From positions 4,624 through 68,623 of the forward strand of contig JBAZKN010000004.1 of NCBI GenBank assembly GCA_041650755.1: a stretch of 64,000 nucleotides of DNA, in the 5' to 3' direction. The notes under the pieces were generated by a model. The model saw nothing but the letters and a program-made list of their open reading frames with translations. It was not told where the DNA came from and did no database searches. The translations under genes and the position numbers were made by a program. Shown here one piece after another: positions 19,677 through 29,308 of the stretch (position 1 is its first letter; each line of letters opens with the position of its first letter). This DNA is from Patescibacteria group bacterium (GTDB lineage: Bacteria; Patescibacteriota; Patescibacteriia; UBA1558; GWA2-36-10).

Positions 19677-20414
19677 CTAACGGGGTGAATTTAATTGATA
19701 AAGAATAATACCGGCAGCCACGGCGGCATTCAAAGACTCCACTTGGCCGCTACCGGCTATTTTATATTTTATATCGGCTAAATCTAAAATTTTCTTTTCT
19801 ACTCCTCTGGCTTCACTGCCTATAACTATGCCCAGTTTACCGCTGGGCAGAACGCTGGTCTGAGCGTGACTGTCGGCTGCCACTATTTTGAAACCATGCT
19901 TTTGCAAACCAACTATCAATTTTGCCAAATCTTGATCGGGAAAAAGCTTGACTTGAAAAATTGAGCCCATGCTAGCCGCCACTGTCTTGGGGCTAAAAAC
20001 ATCAGCGCAAGCTGAGTTCAAAAAAATGCTTTTTATGCCAAACCAATCGGCCGTGCGGATAATGGTGCCGACATTACCCGGGTCCTGAATGCCATCAAGT
20101 AAGAGGATCTGCTCATTACCATAATTAAATTCTATACTCGGAGGCAAAGCAAAGACAGCCAGCATCCCCTGCGGCGTAATGCTGGGCGAAATTTTTTTCA
20201 GCTCTGCCTCGCTAATAATCTGGTACTTTATGCCCCGCAAGGCCTGCTTATACTTTTCAGTGGCTGCCTCAATAATATACAGCTCTCGGAAAAGCTTATG
20301 CCGGCGTTGCTCAAGGATGACTTTGGGGTTATCAATGATAAATTGGCCCTCCTGTTGACGGTCTTTTTTTTGTTGTAAAGATTTGAGAAAAGCTAATTTT
20401 TTGGCAGATATCAT
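19677..20414 (-). CDS. TrmH/SpoU family RNA 2'-O-methyltransferase
   Basis: SPOUT motifs (IVIGSEARG, ESLNAAVAAGIILY). Start moved to MISAKK at 20414 to avoid overlap with the upstream gene. Confidence 0.7.
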   Translation of the reverse strand: MISAKKLAFLKSLQQKKDRQQEGQFIIDNPKVILEQRRHKLFRELYIIEAATEKYKQALRGIKYQIISEAELKKISPSITPQGMLAVFALPPSIEFNYGNEQILLLDGIQDPGNVGTIIRTADWFGIKSIFLNSACADVFSPKTVAASMGSIFQVKLFPDQDLAKLIVGLQKHGFKIVAADSHAQTSVLPSGKLGIVIGSEARGVEKKILDLADIKYKIAGSGQVESLNAAVAAGIILYQLNSPR

Positions 20415-20514
20415 GTATAGATTATAGCCTTTTTTACAAAATAAACAAATAGAGCCGACTCTTATGCCGACTCTAGTAGTCTGACCTGAATATTTTTTGC
20501 CAATAACCGGCCGC

Positions 20515-23500
20515 CTAAAAACTAAAGTTATTTTCAATAAATTCCCTAGTAGCCGGCCCAAAATACCCCGTACCATTTTTTAGTTTTTGCGGATCAAGAA
20601 TCTCTTTTTTATACTTGTTTTGAAATTTGATAAGGGCTGCTTTAGTGGCTCTACCAAAAAATTTAGTCTCCTGGCCCGGCGAACCCGGCCCGCTACCCGC
20701 TACTATAAATCCATTGGCATTCAAAAATTTTTGTAAATTCAAAACATCATCGCTAAAATCACCTAATTTCATGTCTACAGAAAATGAATACTCGCTATGA
20801 GCAGGTGGTGACACAATGTCTGCGCTACCAATCACTTTTCCCAGAGGATAACTATCCAAATTAACAGCATCTTTGATATCAGACCAAGAAAATCCTTTGG
20901 CCAAAAAAGTTTCTGCATCAACAATGTGCCTTCTATACCCATTTTCAATCAAATATACCGCAGGATCATCCGGTGTTTTGACTAGGCTGCCCTCGGTAAA
21001 TGATGTTGTTTGGGACATTGATGGATTCAATCTATCCAAAGCCAAAATAATTTGATTAACCTTTAATTGCTTATAATTTATCCGCAAATCAGTCTGTCTA
21101 TTACCATCAAGATCAAAGCTCTGAGTCTGATTAGGTGACAAATAAAATATCTCTGCTCCCAGTTGAGCCTTGATAAGCCCATTGTTAGTATCTAATTCTA
21201 AAATTTGCAAATTATATTTTGACTTTGAGTTCTCAAAAGAAAAAACCAAGGGAGAGTTTATATATGTAAAAATGTTCACTCCGGCATCTCCTATATAAGG
21301 AATTTCTCTACTTTGCCCCATGGGCACATAGTAGTCATTTTGTCCGCTACCGGTGCCGCCAAACGTATAACCGGAGACACCACCGCCTCCACAGACAGAT
21401 GTTGATTTGGTTATCGTGACAGCATCGGTTTCTGTGCCGTCGCCATTTCTGTATTTTATTGAATAAGTATAGCTGGTCCCGCAAGAAAGGCTCGTATCTT
21501 GCCAGCTATTGGTAGTAATCCAACCAGAATTTGCGCCACTGCGAGAGAAATAATAGCCGGATGAACCAGAGCTGGCATTATTAAAACTATCTACTGATAA
21601 ACTTACTGTCGATAGACCGGCTGTAGCTGAAAAGCTGGTTGGGGTAGGAGCTAAAGTGTATTTTGATAAGGTAGTCGAATAACTCGATTCATTGTCATTG
21701 CCATCCTTAGCTTTGACACGATAAGTATATTGAGTATTGGCTGACAGACTAGAATCAATGTAAGTAGCCGACGCCTGCCAGGTCGAAGAGTCAGTGGCTC
21801 CGGAGCCACTAGTTGTTTCATCAAACCAATATGGTGTCGCCGATAGACCCGGGTCAGCGTCTGTAGCTGTATTTGCCAAAACGGTCAATTGACTTGCAGA
21901 ATCTGCCGTAACAGATGTCAATCCAATATTGGTCGGCGCAGTCGTATTTTGCACCAAAGCAAATGTGTGAGTAGAATATCCGCCAGTATATGTAAAAGTC
22001 AGGTTGCCAGAAGAATCTGCTTTACATATACCACTCGTACAAGCAGCATTGGTGACGGCTGTCGTGGAAGCCACACCGTCTACTTGAAACTGATAATATT
22101 TATTGGCCGCTAAATCACCAATCGTATAAATAGTAGTAGTGGCTACAGTAGAAGTAGCTGTCCATTGCTTATTATACGTACCGCTAGTCAGCCACGAGTC
22201 AATATTGATATCCATCCATTGAGATTGATCACCAGTCGTAAAACTACTACCCCACGCTGGAGTTACTGCCAAATCAGCAGTTGTTCCTGAGGTCGTTTCG
22301 TGATCCCTGAATTTACCATTGGCATAAATTCTAGCACCAGCGCCAATATCAATTTCATCAGTACCTATGGTGTGATGGTCATAATATAGATATTCAGCAA
22401 AATCGCCAATCAATGTATAGCCAGCAGTATTAGGGTGAACATTGCCGTCAGTATCATAATAGCCATCGGGGGAGGCTGACTGCCAATTAGAATTGAGGGT
22501 CATTTGATCATAATAAGAGTCGCAAGTCCAGCCATGGCTAGTACACTCCGTTTCCATGGCCGCATTAATGGCGGTAACTGATTCATCATCATAGCCATTA
22601 ATATCATTGAGCGTACCTATACCTAACCAAATCGGCGTTGCTCCCCAATCTTCAATTTTTTGCATCATTTCCGAGAGATAATCCACATATTCATCAGTAG
22701 TGGCCGCTGATGGTGATACGGTAGCTAAATTATTAATACCGATGGACAAGAATACTGTGCTCGGACTAGTATTTATCATAACAGTATCAATAGAAGCAAA
22801 TATTTTTTGCATATAAGCGCCGGAGATAGCCGTATCAGCTTGAGTAGCAACGGTCAGGCCAGTTTGACTATTGAATTCTGTTCCTATGGTAGTACTCAAC
22901 ATTATCGAATCGCCAACAAAAGCTACTTTATCAAGTAAAGTTACGCCAGTGCTAGAACTAGGACATTTATAGGCACCAACATCATTACCCGTCCAAGCTG
23001 CTCCAGTTACATCACCACTGGCCGGCAAAGATGCCTGCAGGCCATGGCCGCAAACATATGAACCATTCTGGATAGTAAAATCGTTCGTGGAAGTAGCTGT
23101 AAATTGGGGATCTATAAAATGATTAGTAGCATCGACCTGTTCAAAATGATTATTGCCCGAGATAAATTGTTGATAACCAGAAGCGCGATACCAAACATTA
23201 TTAGTGACATTCCAATAGGCCGGTGTGGCAATAATTTCTGCCGCTATCGCATCTCCCATGGCAAAAGGGCGGTTGTCGGAAGTCGTATCGGCATAAAAAA
23301 TATTATTTTTAAAATTATACGTAGAGCCACTAGAAGCAGCTTGGCTCAGGACTTTTACACTACTAGTAAAAAATGTGCAGTTGGTCGCTGTAAAGTTGGT
23401 AGCGGCATTGAGGTAAAAAAGATAAGTTGTTTGATCATAAAATAAACTGCTTTCAATGGTGAGGTTTGCTGCACTGCTGGTAATAAAAATATAACTAGTT

Positions 23501-24336
23501 TGATTATAAAATTTACTGTTTTTTATTACAAAATTTACTCCAGTGACACTTATTGGACTAAAAATATAAGTTGTTTGATCGTAGAATGTACTGCTATCAA
23601 CTGTAACATTAGCCCCAGCTTTAGCCACATAAAATACAAAATTACCCAGTGTCGGACTACCAATAACTGTAGTTCTGGTAAGGGTCAGATTAGCATCTTC
23701 CGTATCAGCGCCAATCCAAAAAGCATGTGTGTTGACTGCACTAAGAGTAATGGTGCAATCTTCAAGGGTTAAATTGTGCCCGTAAGTCCAGAACATCCGA
23801 GTAGCGACATTATTGGAATTGGTAAAATTTATATGTTTAAAAGTGAATTCTCCCCATTGGGTTGAAAGTGGAATAAAAAAGGCCATGTTGGTAGCAGAGT
23901 TGCTTGGCACATCAAGTGTTACTGTGGCGCCATCAGCAGCCTGGATTATAACCGGGCCACTGCCGCTGGCAGTATTTATAACAGGACTAAGATAGGTATG
24001 AGCCCCATTAAATGAGCTATAAGTTCCAGCTTCGATAATTACTGTATCCCCTTTGGCCACTCGAGAGCCGGTCAAAGCATAATCCAGGGTCAGCCAGGCA
24101 TTGGCGCCTGTGCCGGTGCCGTGGCTAGCATCGTCAGTGCCAGTTGTTGAAACATACCAAGTAGCTGCATTAACTTTTTGGACACCAATAAACAAAAAAC
24201 CCACCAAAAAAATCAAGGGAAATATAAAAAAGTATATCTTATGTCGGCTATTGTTTCTGTTTCTGCGGCAAAACACTGCTAACCGGCAAGATACAAAATT
24301 GTCTATATTTATATCCATATTTATAATAAAAACCAC
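20515..24336 (-). CDS. Large secreted multidomain protein: right-handed beta-helix, SGNH/GDSL hydrolase, FN3-like repeats and a C-terminal peptidoglycan-binding domain
   Basis: Signal peptide, then repeated N.T.xxS.FYDQTTY beta-helix rungs. VAFVGDSIM (GDS) and DGNVHPN (DxxH) indicate SGNH. FN3-like segments follow, and the C-terminal LQKFLNANGF...FGRATKAALIKFQ resembles PG_binding_1. Confidence 0.6.
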   Translation of the reverse strand: MVFIINMDINIDNFVSCRLAVFCRRNRNNSRHKIYFFIFPLIFLVGFLFIGVQKVNAATWYVSTTGTDDASHGTGTGANAWLTLDYALTGSRVAKGDTVIIEAGTYSSFNGAHTYLSPVINTASGSGPVIIQAADGATVTLDVPSNSATNMAFFIPLSTQWGEFTFKHINFTNSNNVATRMFWTYGHNLTLEDCTITLSAVNTHAFWIGADTEDANLTLTRTTVIGSPTLGNFVFYVAKAGANVTVDSSTFYDQTTYIFSPISVTGVNFVIKNSKFYNQTSYIFITSSAANLTIESSLFYDQTTYLFYLNAATNFTATNCTFFTSSVKVLSQAASSGSTYNFKNNIFYADTTSDNRPFAMGDAIAAEIIATPAYWNVTNNVWYRASGYQQFISGNNHFEQVDATNHFIDPQFTATSTNDFTIQNGSYVCGHGLQASLPASGDVTGAAWTGNDVGAYKCPSSSTGVTLLDKVAFVGDSIMLSTTIGTEFNSQTGLTVATQADTAISGAYMQKIFASIDTVMINTSPSTVFLSIGINNLATVSPSAATTDEYVDYLSEMMQKIEDWGATPIWLGIGTLNDINGYDDESVTAINAAMETECTSHGWTCDSYYDQMTLNSNWQSASPDGYYDTDGNVHPNTAGYTLIGDFAEYLYYDHHTIGTDEIDIGAGARIYANGKFRDHETTSGTTADLAVTPAWGSSFTTGDQSQWMDINIDSWLTSGTYNKQWTATSTVATTTIYTIGDLAANKYYQFQVDGVASTTAVTNAACTSGICKADSSGNLTFTYTGGYSTHTFALVQNTTAPTNIGLTSVTADSASQLTVLANTATDADPGLSATPYWFDETTSGSGATDSSTWQASATYIDSSLSANTQYTYRVKAKDGNDNESSYSTTLSKYTLAPTPTSFSATAGLSTVSLSVDSFNNASSGSSGYYFSRSGANSGWITTNSWQDTSLSCGTSYTYSIKYRNGDGTETDAVTITKSTSVCGGGGVSGYTFGGTGSGQNDYYVPMGQSREIPYIGDAGVNIFTYINSPLVFSFENSKSKYNLQILELDTNNGLIKAQLGAEIFYLSPNQTQSFDLDGNRQTDLRINYKQLKVNQIILALDRLNPSMSQTTSFTEGSLVKTPDDPAVYLIENGYRRHIVDAETFLAKGFSWSDIKDAVNLDSYPLGKVIGSADIVSPPAHSEYSFSVDMKLGDFSDDVLNLQKFLNANGFIVAGSGPGSPGQETKFFGRATKAALIKFQNKYKKEILDPQKLKNGTGYFGPATREFIENNFSF

Positions 24337-24463
24337 TTATCAATAAAGCTGTTTTTACGGGTGATTAAGTAGATATATTATAACTATTATTATGCATTAA
24401 ATCAAGCACATTAATTTAAGAAACAAATATAAAAATAGTCTCGGTGACTGCTAAAAAAAGAAA

Positions 24464-25159
24464 TCATCTATATAAGTATTGTTTCCTTAATTTCAACGGC
24501 AGCCGTTCAATAGCATAGCGCAAGCAAGTGCGCGGCATGATTTTATGATGCTTGTCCAAAAAATCAAGCAGAATTTTTTCATCACAGCGCTTACCCACTT
24601 CTCTAAGCATCCAGCCAACAGCCTTGTGAATCAAATCATGCTTATCGTGAAGCAAAATTCTGGAAATTTTTATAGCCTCCCGACTATCCCCCCGATAAAT
24701 GAAAGCAAAAGTTGATAAAATGGCTATGCGCCGCTGCCACAAATTTTTACTTTTGGCTAATTTGTATAAAATGTCCTTTGGTTTATCAATCAAGTAAGAG
24801 CCAACGACACGCGGCGCAGTCAAGTCAACCAAATCCCAATTATTTATATACTTATAATTTTTTAAATACAGATTAAAAACCTGCTTTTGCTTTTTACTGT
24901 CCCCTTTTTGATATTGATCAACCAAAATTAAAAGGGCGCAGAGTCTCTCTTCATGAATTTTTGAGCGCAAAGAGCTGAGCACCCCCACCAAAGGCAAGGC
25001 AGCATATTTTTTGGCGACTTTTCTAATGTCCGGCACTACTACACCGATAAATTTATCACCCTCACCATACTCACCCCGGCCAGTCTTAAAAAAACCCTGC
25101 AAAATAACGGCTTTTTGCGGAGAAGAGTATTGTTTTAATTCTGCTGACAGCCCCGTCAT
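24464..25159 (-). CDS. DNA alkylation repair enzyme (AlkD/AlkC-like HEAT-repeat glycosylase)
   Basis: WQRRIAIL...HKAVGWMLREVGK pattern of the DNA_alkylation family. Confidence 0.55.
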   Translation of the reverse strand: MTGLSAELKQYSSPQKAVILQGFFKTGRGEYGEGDKFIGVVVPDIRKVAKKYAALPLVGVLSSLRSKIHEERLCALLILVDQYQKGDSKKQKQVFNLYLKNYKYINNWDLVDLTAPRVVGSYLIDKPKDILYKLAKSKNLWQRRIAILSTFAFIYRGDSREAIKISRILLHDKHDLIHKAVGWMLREVGKRCDEKILLDFLDKHHKIMPRTCLRYAIERLPLKLRKQYLYR

Positions 25160-25380
25160 TTTTTGCGTTGCAATCTTATTAACTCCCCAGCAGCTGTCAG
25201 TATAAACACAATTTGTAAAACTATAAAAATCCAGTCATTAATAAAAATACTATAAACTAACAAAGCTAAGCCGCCTAAAATAAAAAATATATCTTGCTTT
25301 TTTTCTGATTTTATCAGAACACCGACCGTAATCAAAATTAAACCCAAGACACCTACTATTTTAAACATGACACTATTCAT
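25156..25380 (-). CDS. Small membrane protein
   Basis: Hydrophobic 74-aa ORF. The likely start MNSVMFK overlaps the upstream small ORF's stop (ATGAATAG). Confidence 0.4.
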   Translation of the reverse strand: MNSVMFKIVGVLGLILITVGVLIKSEKKQDIFFILGGLALLVYSIFINDWIFIVLQIVFILTAAGELIRLQRKK

Positions 25381-25546
25381 AACAAGGTGTGGTGGGCATG
25401 ACAGCACTAGGATTACCGTGCTTTACCCATTGGCCATCCTGGCACAGCCAAGTATCCTCTGGGCTAAAGAGCCTAGCAACAATAACCCCGGCAAAAAGCA
25501 AGACTAGAAGAATGATGATGATAATAAAAAATTTTGGTGGTTTCAT
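25373..25546 (-). CDS. Small secreted or membrane protein (57 aa), not in the supplied ORF track
   Basis: MKPPKFFIIIIILLVLLFAGVIVARLFSPEDTWLCQDGQWVKHGNPSAVMPTTPCYE. TM or signal N-terminus. Translationally coupled to the downstream ORF. Confidence 0.3.
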   Translation of the reverse strand: MKPPKFFIIIIILLVLLFAGVIVARLFSPEDTWLCQDGQWVKHGNPSAVMPTTPCYE

Positions 25547-25829
25547 CCTATTAAAAATCTAATTAAAATTTGCCGCTTAAGATAAAACTTTCAATGCAAA
25601 TCTTTATTTTTCTGCCAAATTATACACCCAGAAAAATAGCAACGAAGCAAAAACTAGAATCAGGGCTGTTTTGGGATCAACCAAAGCCGCCACCAAAATC
25701 AAAAAAATATCCAAAACTACTAAATGATTATTTTTCTTGGCTTTTTTGATATTCAGCTGATCCATAAGTTTACCTGTTCTATCAGTTTAGCATAATTTTA
25801 TCTACCAACCAACTAGATAACAAATAAAA

Positions 25830-26573
25830 CTAGTCCCTGATATTCAAAGTATACAAGACTGGGTAATGATTTGAAACTGGCGGCTCCTTTATAAGTAGCC
25901 CTTCGGCCAATGCTATGCGACCAGTTATAGACTTATTCAAAAAATAATCTGCCTTAATGTTTACTCGCCCCTTTTTGTTGAATCTGGTCTGACTGTATGG
26001 ACTGGCTTCCGACAAGGTCCACTCTTTGTTTTTCTCTATTTCAAAAAAGCCATTATTTAGCTTAGCCAGTTCATAATCAGCCATGTTGAAATCACCAGCC
26101 AAAAAATAATCTCCTGCCTGACAAAATTTTATCAAATCATTGAATTGATCAGTCACAATAGATAAATTTTCTGTATGCTGCGGATCATAAAGGTGGAGAT
26201 TTATAAAATTCAATTTATGATCTCCTAAATTTACCAGACAATTTAACCAACCCTTATTAGCTAATCTTTCTTGGATATTATAGCCACGATTCTTTTTGAA
26301 AAAAAATGAATAGCTGTCCATGGGTTTAACCTTGGTCAAAGTCACTAAGCCTGACTTATTATAAAACCAAGTGCCGGCCGAAAACACAAAGTATTCCGGC
26401 AAAGCCTTATGAATTTTATTTCTATCATGATTTAGCCACACTTCTTGCAGATGGACAACATCGGGCTGATGAGTCTTGATCAGCTGAATCAAATCTTGCA
26501 TCCGCTTATTTTTATCAATAGAAAAAGGCCAAGGTAATAGCCACAAATTAGCCGTCATTAATTTTATTTGCAT
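25830..26573 (-). CDS. Endonuclease/exonuclease/phosphatase (EEP) family protein
   Basis: DVVHLQEV, GDFN and SNHYPV motifs. Confidence 0.7.
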   Translation of the reverse strand: MQIKLMTANLWLLPWPFSIDKNKRMQDLIQLIKTHQPDVVHLQEVWLNHDRNKIHKALPEYFVFSAGTWFYNKSGLVTLTKVKPMDSYSFFFKKNRGYNIQERLANKGWLNCLVNLGDHKLNFINLHLYDPQHTENLSIVTDQFNDLIKFCQAGDYFLAGDFNMADYELAKLNNGFFEIEKNKEWTLSEASPYSQTRFNKKGRVNIKADYFLNKSITGRIALAEGLLIKEPPVSNHYPVLYTLNIRD

Positions 26574-26710
26574 GGAGTCGGAAACAATATTTTAAATTTT
26601 TTAGATATTTGAAACTATACCAAATATCTATAAAAAAAACAACGCCTCAAAATAACTTTATTATTGACTTATAAAACCCAATCTATTATATTTATATAGC
26701 TTTTATAGCA

Positions 26711-26750
26711 AGGGAGGTTCGCATAGTGGTCGAGTGCGCACGCTTGGCCA
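26711..26750 (+). pseudogene. Diverged copy of a tRNA 5' half (acceptor + D arm + 5' anticodon-stem side), not a complete tRNA
   Basis: GGGAGGTTCGCATAGTGGTCGAGTGCGCACGCTTGG aligns at about 80% identity to positions 1-35 of the tRNA-Ser at 27041. It then diverges into GC-rich hairpins. No T-arm and no matching 3' acceptor strand. Confidence 0.4.
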
Positions 26751-26800
26751 CCGCCTACGGCGGGGTCCCGCCAAAGGCGGGAAAAGCTTAGTCGTATATT

Positions 26801-27055
26801 ATGTATAAATTATATATAATTCGAAGTCTAAAAACAAAAAAATACTACATTGGTATTAGTGCAGATTTGGAGCAAAGGCTACGTCACCATAATAGTGGGG
26901 CAAATAAATCTACTAGAAATGCTAAACCCTGGACAATAGTGTATACAGAGGAATTTAATGATAAAAAATCGGCATGGTTAAGAGAAAGACAAATTAAAAA
27001 ATATAAAAGCGGTGAAGCATTTAAAAAATTAATCAATCGTGGAGAGGTCGCATAG
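26801..27055 (+). CDS. Small GIY-YIG nuclease superfamily protein
   Basis: YKLYIIRSLKTKKYYIGISADLEQRLRHHN matches the GIY-(x10)-YIG ... R ... H(H)N core. 84 aa. Its last 15 nt overlap the tRNA-Ser. Confidence 0.65.
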   Translation: MYKLYIIRSLKTKKYYIGISADLEQRLRHHNSGANKSTRNAKPWTIVYTEEFNDKKSAWLRERQIKKYKSGEAFKKLINRGEVA

Positions 27056-27131
27056 TTGGTCTAGTGCGCTCGCTTGGAAAGCGGGTAGGGTGTCAAAGCC
27101 CTCGCAGGTTCGAATCCTGTCCTCTCCGCCA
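27041..27131 (+). tRNA. tRNA-Ser (anticodon GGA), class II with a long variable arm and an encoded CCA
   Basis: Manual cloverleaf: GGAGAGG/CCTCTCC acceptor, 3-bp D stem, CTCGC/GCGGG anticodon stem with loop TTGGAAA, 17-nt variable arm, TTCGAAT T-loop, G discriminator, CCA. Confidence 0.85.
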
Positions 27132-27175
27132 ATATATATTTGAAAATGCGACAGATAAATATAAAATAAAAAAAT

Positions 27176-28228
27176 ATGGCCATGGTTAAAAAAACCAAAA
27201 TTTACCTTATTAGTTCCATTATTTTAATTATTTTAGCCATTGCTGGTTATTTGTTTTTTAATAGGGGCTACTATTCTTATCCGACGGAATATAAAATTGA
27301 TCTAATCCATGTTTCTGACCAAGGGGAGACGGAAAAATACGGCAAAAAAATCGGTGGCAATTGTTATTTAGCTACGACTACTATGCTGTTAAAACATTTT
27401 GACCCAAGTATTGAGTTTTGGAAAGTGTTTATCTATCAAGGAAACGCAGTCAGTTTTTCATATTATTGGTCGGATGGCGCGAATGGCGGCACAATGGCCA
27501 ACTTGGCCGACGGCTCAACGGATATTCTGCTCACAGCCGCCAGTAATCTAGGGTACACGCCTCATGTCAGAATGAACAGATTTGCCAATGGTGGTATGGG
27601 GATATGGGAAGACAAAACCAAAGAGCTTGATGGCGATTTCCGCTATTACTATTTCCATCAGCCAATGAATGAATATAAGAGCCTTATCGCTTCAGATATA
27701 CCTTTGGGCACATCCGGCTCACCTTGCCATAATGATTATAATGTGATCGAGGGTTATAATGAAAAGGAGTTATCTGTGGTGATTCCCGATCCGCAAGATC
27801 GTGGATTACAAGACGCCAAGATCACCTGCCCCATAGATTCTGGCCTTACGCACACCGTTTTTTGGTTCACTCCGGACGGAGAAAAAATCAGTGACAAAGA
27901 ATTAGTACTTAAAATGAAAAACACCATCAATGAATCATTGGAGGTTATGGCCAGGTATATCAAAAATTTGAAAGAAGGAGCTGATGTTATAGAATTTCAG
28001 CAAAAAATATATTTAGGCCGTAAAGTAGCCTCCATGTATTTTAATGAACAGGGGTATTCTGAATTGGCCAAAGGATACGAAAAATCAGCCGAACTTTTAT
28101 TGCCTTTGGCAGAAATTTATCCGCCCGACATAAATAAGAAAGAAAACAGGGATTTGATTATCACCCAAATGGAAAAAATATTGGAAAATGAAAAAAATTT
28201 AGTTAAATACTGGGAAGTGATTAACTAG
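27176..28228 (+). CDS. Membrane-anchored putative papain-like (C39-like) cysteine peptidase
   Basis: N-terminal TM. GGNCYLATT (candidate Cys) and CHNDYNVIEGY (HxxxxVxGY) are papain-fold signatures. Helical C-terminal domain. Confidence 0.35.
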   Translation: MAMVKKTKIYLISSIILIILAIAGYLFFNRGYYSYPTEYKIDLIHVSDQGETEKYGKKIGGNCYLATTTMLLKHFDPSIEFWKVFIYQGNAVSFSYYWSDGANGGTMANLADGSTDILLTAASNLGYTPHVRMNRFANGGMGIWEDKTKELDGDFRYYYFHQPMNEYKSLIASDIPLGTSGSPCHNDYNVIEGYNEKELSVVIPDPQDRGLQDAKITCPIDSGLTHTVFWFTPDGEKISDKELVLKMKNTINESLEVMARYIKNLKEGADVIEFQQKIYLGRKVASMYFNEQGYSELAKGYEKSAELLLPLAEIYPPDINKKENRDLIITQMEKILENEKNLVKYWEVIN

Positions 28229-28322
28229 TTTTTGGTGGCGCATTTTTCTTTAAAAAAATAAGCACTATAAAAAACTCCGCCGGGGAGTAAGAAGACGTTT
28301 ACAAAAAAATTAAAATCAGCCG

Positions 28323-28955
28323 ATGACTGAACACCTTATAAATATTTTTACCAATATCATTTCTACTGGTGGCTACTCAGGCCTGGCTTTTCTGATGACC
28401 CTAGAAAGTATGGTGGCTCCTGTGCCCAGTGAAGCCGTCATGCCGTTTGCCGGCTTTTTGTGGTATTCAGGAAAAATGTCCTTGTGGCCAATCATTGCTT
28501 TTAGCACCTTGGGCAGCATTATCGGCTCGCTGATATCATACTATATCGGCGACTATGGCGGCCGGCCCCTGGTCAAAAAATTTGGTCGCTATTTGCTGCT
28601 CAATGAGCATCACCTAGAGCTGACTGAAAATTTTTTTAATAAATACGGCGGCAAAACGATTTTTATCAGCCGCTTTATACCAATAATCAGGCACTTGATT
28701 TCTTTGCCGGCCGGGGTAGCTAAAATGAATATCTTTAAATTTAGCCTTTATACTATTGTCGGCGCCGGCTTATGGAATGCTTTTTTGGCTTACTTGGGAT
28801 ATTATTTGGGCAGCAACTGGTCTGTAATCCGCCAATATGGCGAGGTGATCGACAAAATACTGCTGGCTATCATCGTGGTAGTTATTATCTATTTTATTCA
28901 CTGGAAGCGCCGGCGCCGCACCATTACCCAATCAACTGATCAAACAAAAAACTGA
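28323..28955 (+). CDS. DedA family membrane protein
   Basis: Family pattern VMPFAGFL...GS.IGS...Y.G..GGR. Confidence 0.65.
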   Translation: MTEHLINIFTNIISTGGYSGLAFLMTLESMVAPVPSEAVMPFAGFLWYSGKMSLWPIIAFSTLGSIIGSLISYYIGDYGGRPLVKKFGRYLLLNEHHLELTENFFNKYGGKTIFISRFIPIIRHLISLPAGVAKMNIFKFSLYTIVGAGLWNAFLAYLGYYLGSNWSVIRQYGEVIDKILLAIIVVVIIYFIHWKRRRRTITQSTDQTKN

Positions 28956-28975
28956 CCAAGCAAGCGGTCAGTTTT
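28937..28975. terminator. Bidirectional intrinsic terminator between dedA and mscL
   Basis: ACTGACC-aagcaagc-GGTCAGT hairpin flanked by A5 and T5. Confidence 0.5.
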
Positions 28976-28981
28976 TATTTT

Positions 28982-29305
28982 TTATTGGGGATTCTCTTCT
29001 TTCTTCTTGTCTAGTCTATCAAACTTCAAAATCTTGACGCCAAAATAGACGACAAAAGCGATAATAACAAAATCAATCACAATATTTATAAAGGCGCCCA
29101 GCATTACCTTATTGGCGCCCACCTGCCAGGCCAGCTGATCTAAATTAGCCCCACCCAAAAGCGCCCCCACCAATGGGTTGATGATGTCTGTGACCAAACC
29201 TGACACAACTTTGGAAACAGCACCGCCCAGGATAAAGCCGACTGCTAAGCCAACCACGCCTTGCTCGCGAATAAAATTGACAAAACCATTAAAATGTTCA
29301 CGCAT
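28982..29305 (-). CDS. mscL: Large-conductance mechanosensitive channel
   Basis: FVNFIREQGVVGLAVGFILGGA N-terminus; 107 aa. Confidence 0.85.
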   Translation of the reverse strand: MREHFNGFVNFIREQGVVGLAVGFILGGAVSKVVSGLVTDIINPLVGALLGGANLDQLAWQVGANKVMLGAFINIVIDFVIIAFVVYFGVKILKFDRLDKKKEENPQ

Positions 29306-29308
29306 ATT

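Noticed and set aside
26706-27131. Group I intron in tRNA-Ser carrying the GIY-YIG ORF
   Set aside because: The downstream tRNA is a complete, self-consistent cloverleaf rather than just a 3' exon. The putative 5' exon would end in G rather than the U required for the P1 U-G pair. A partial duplication or insertion scar fits better.
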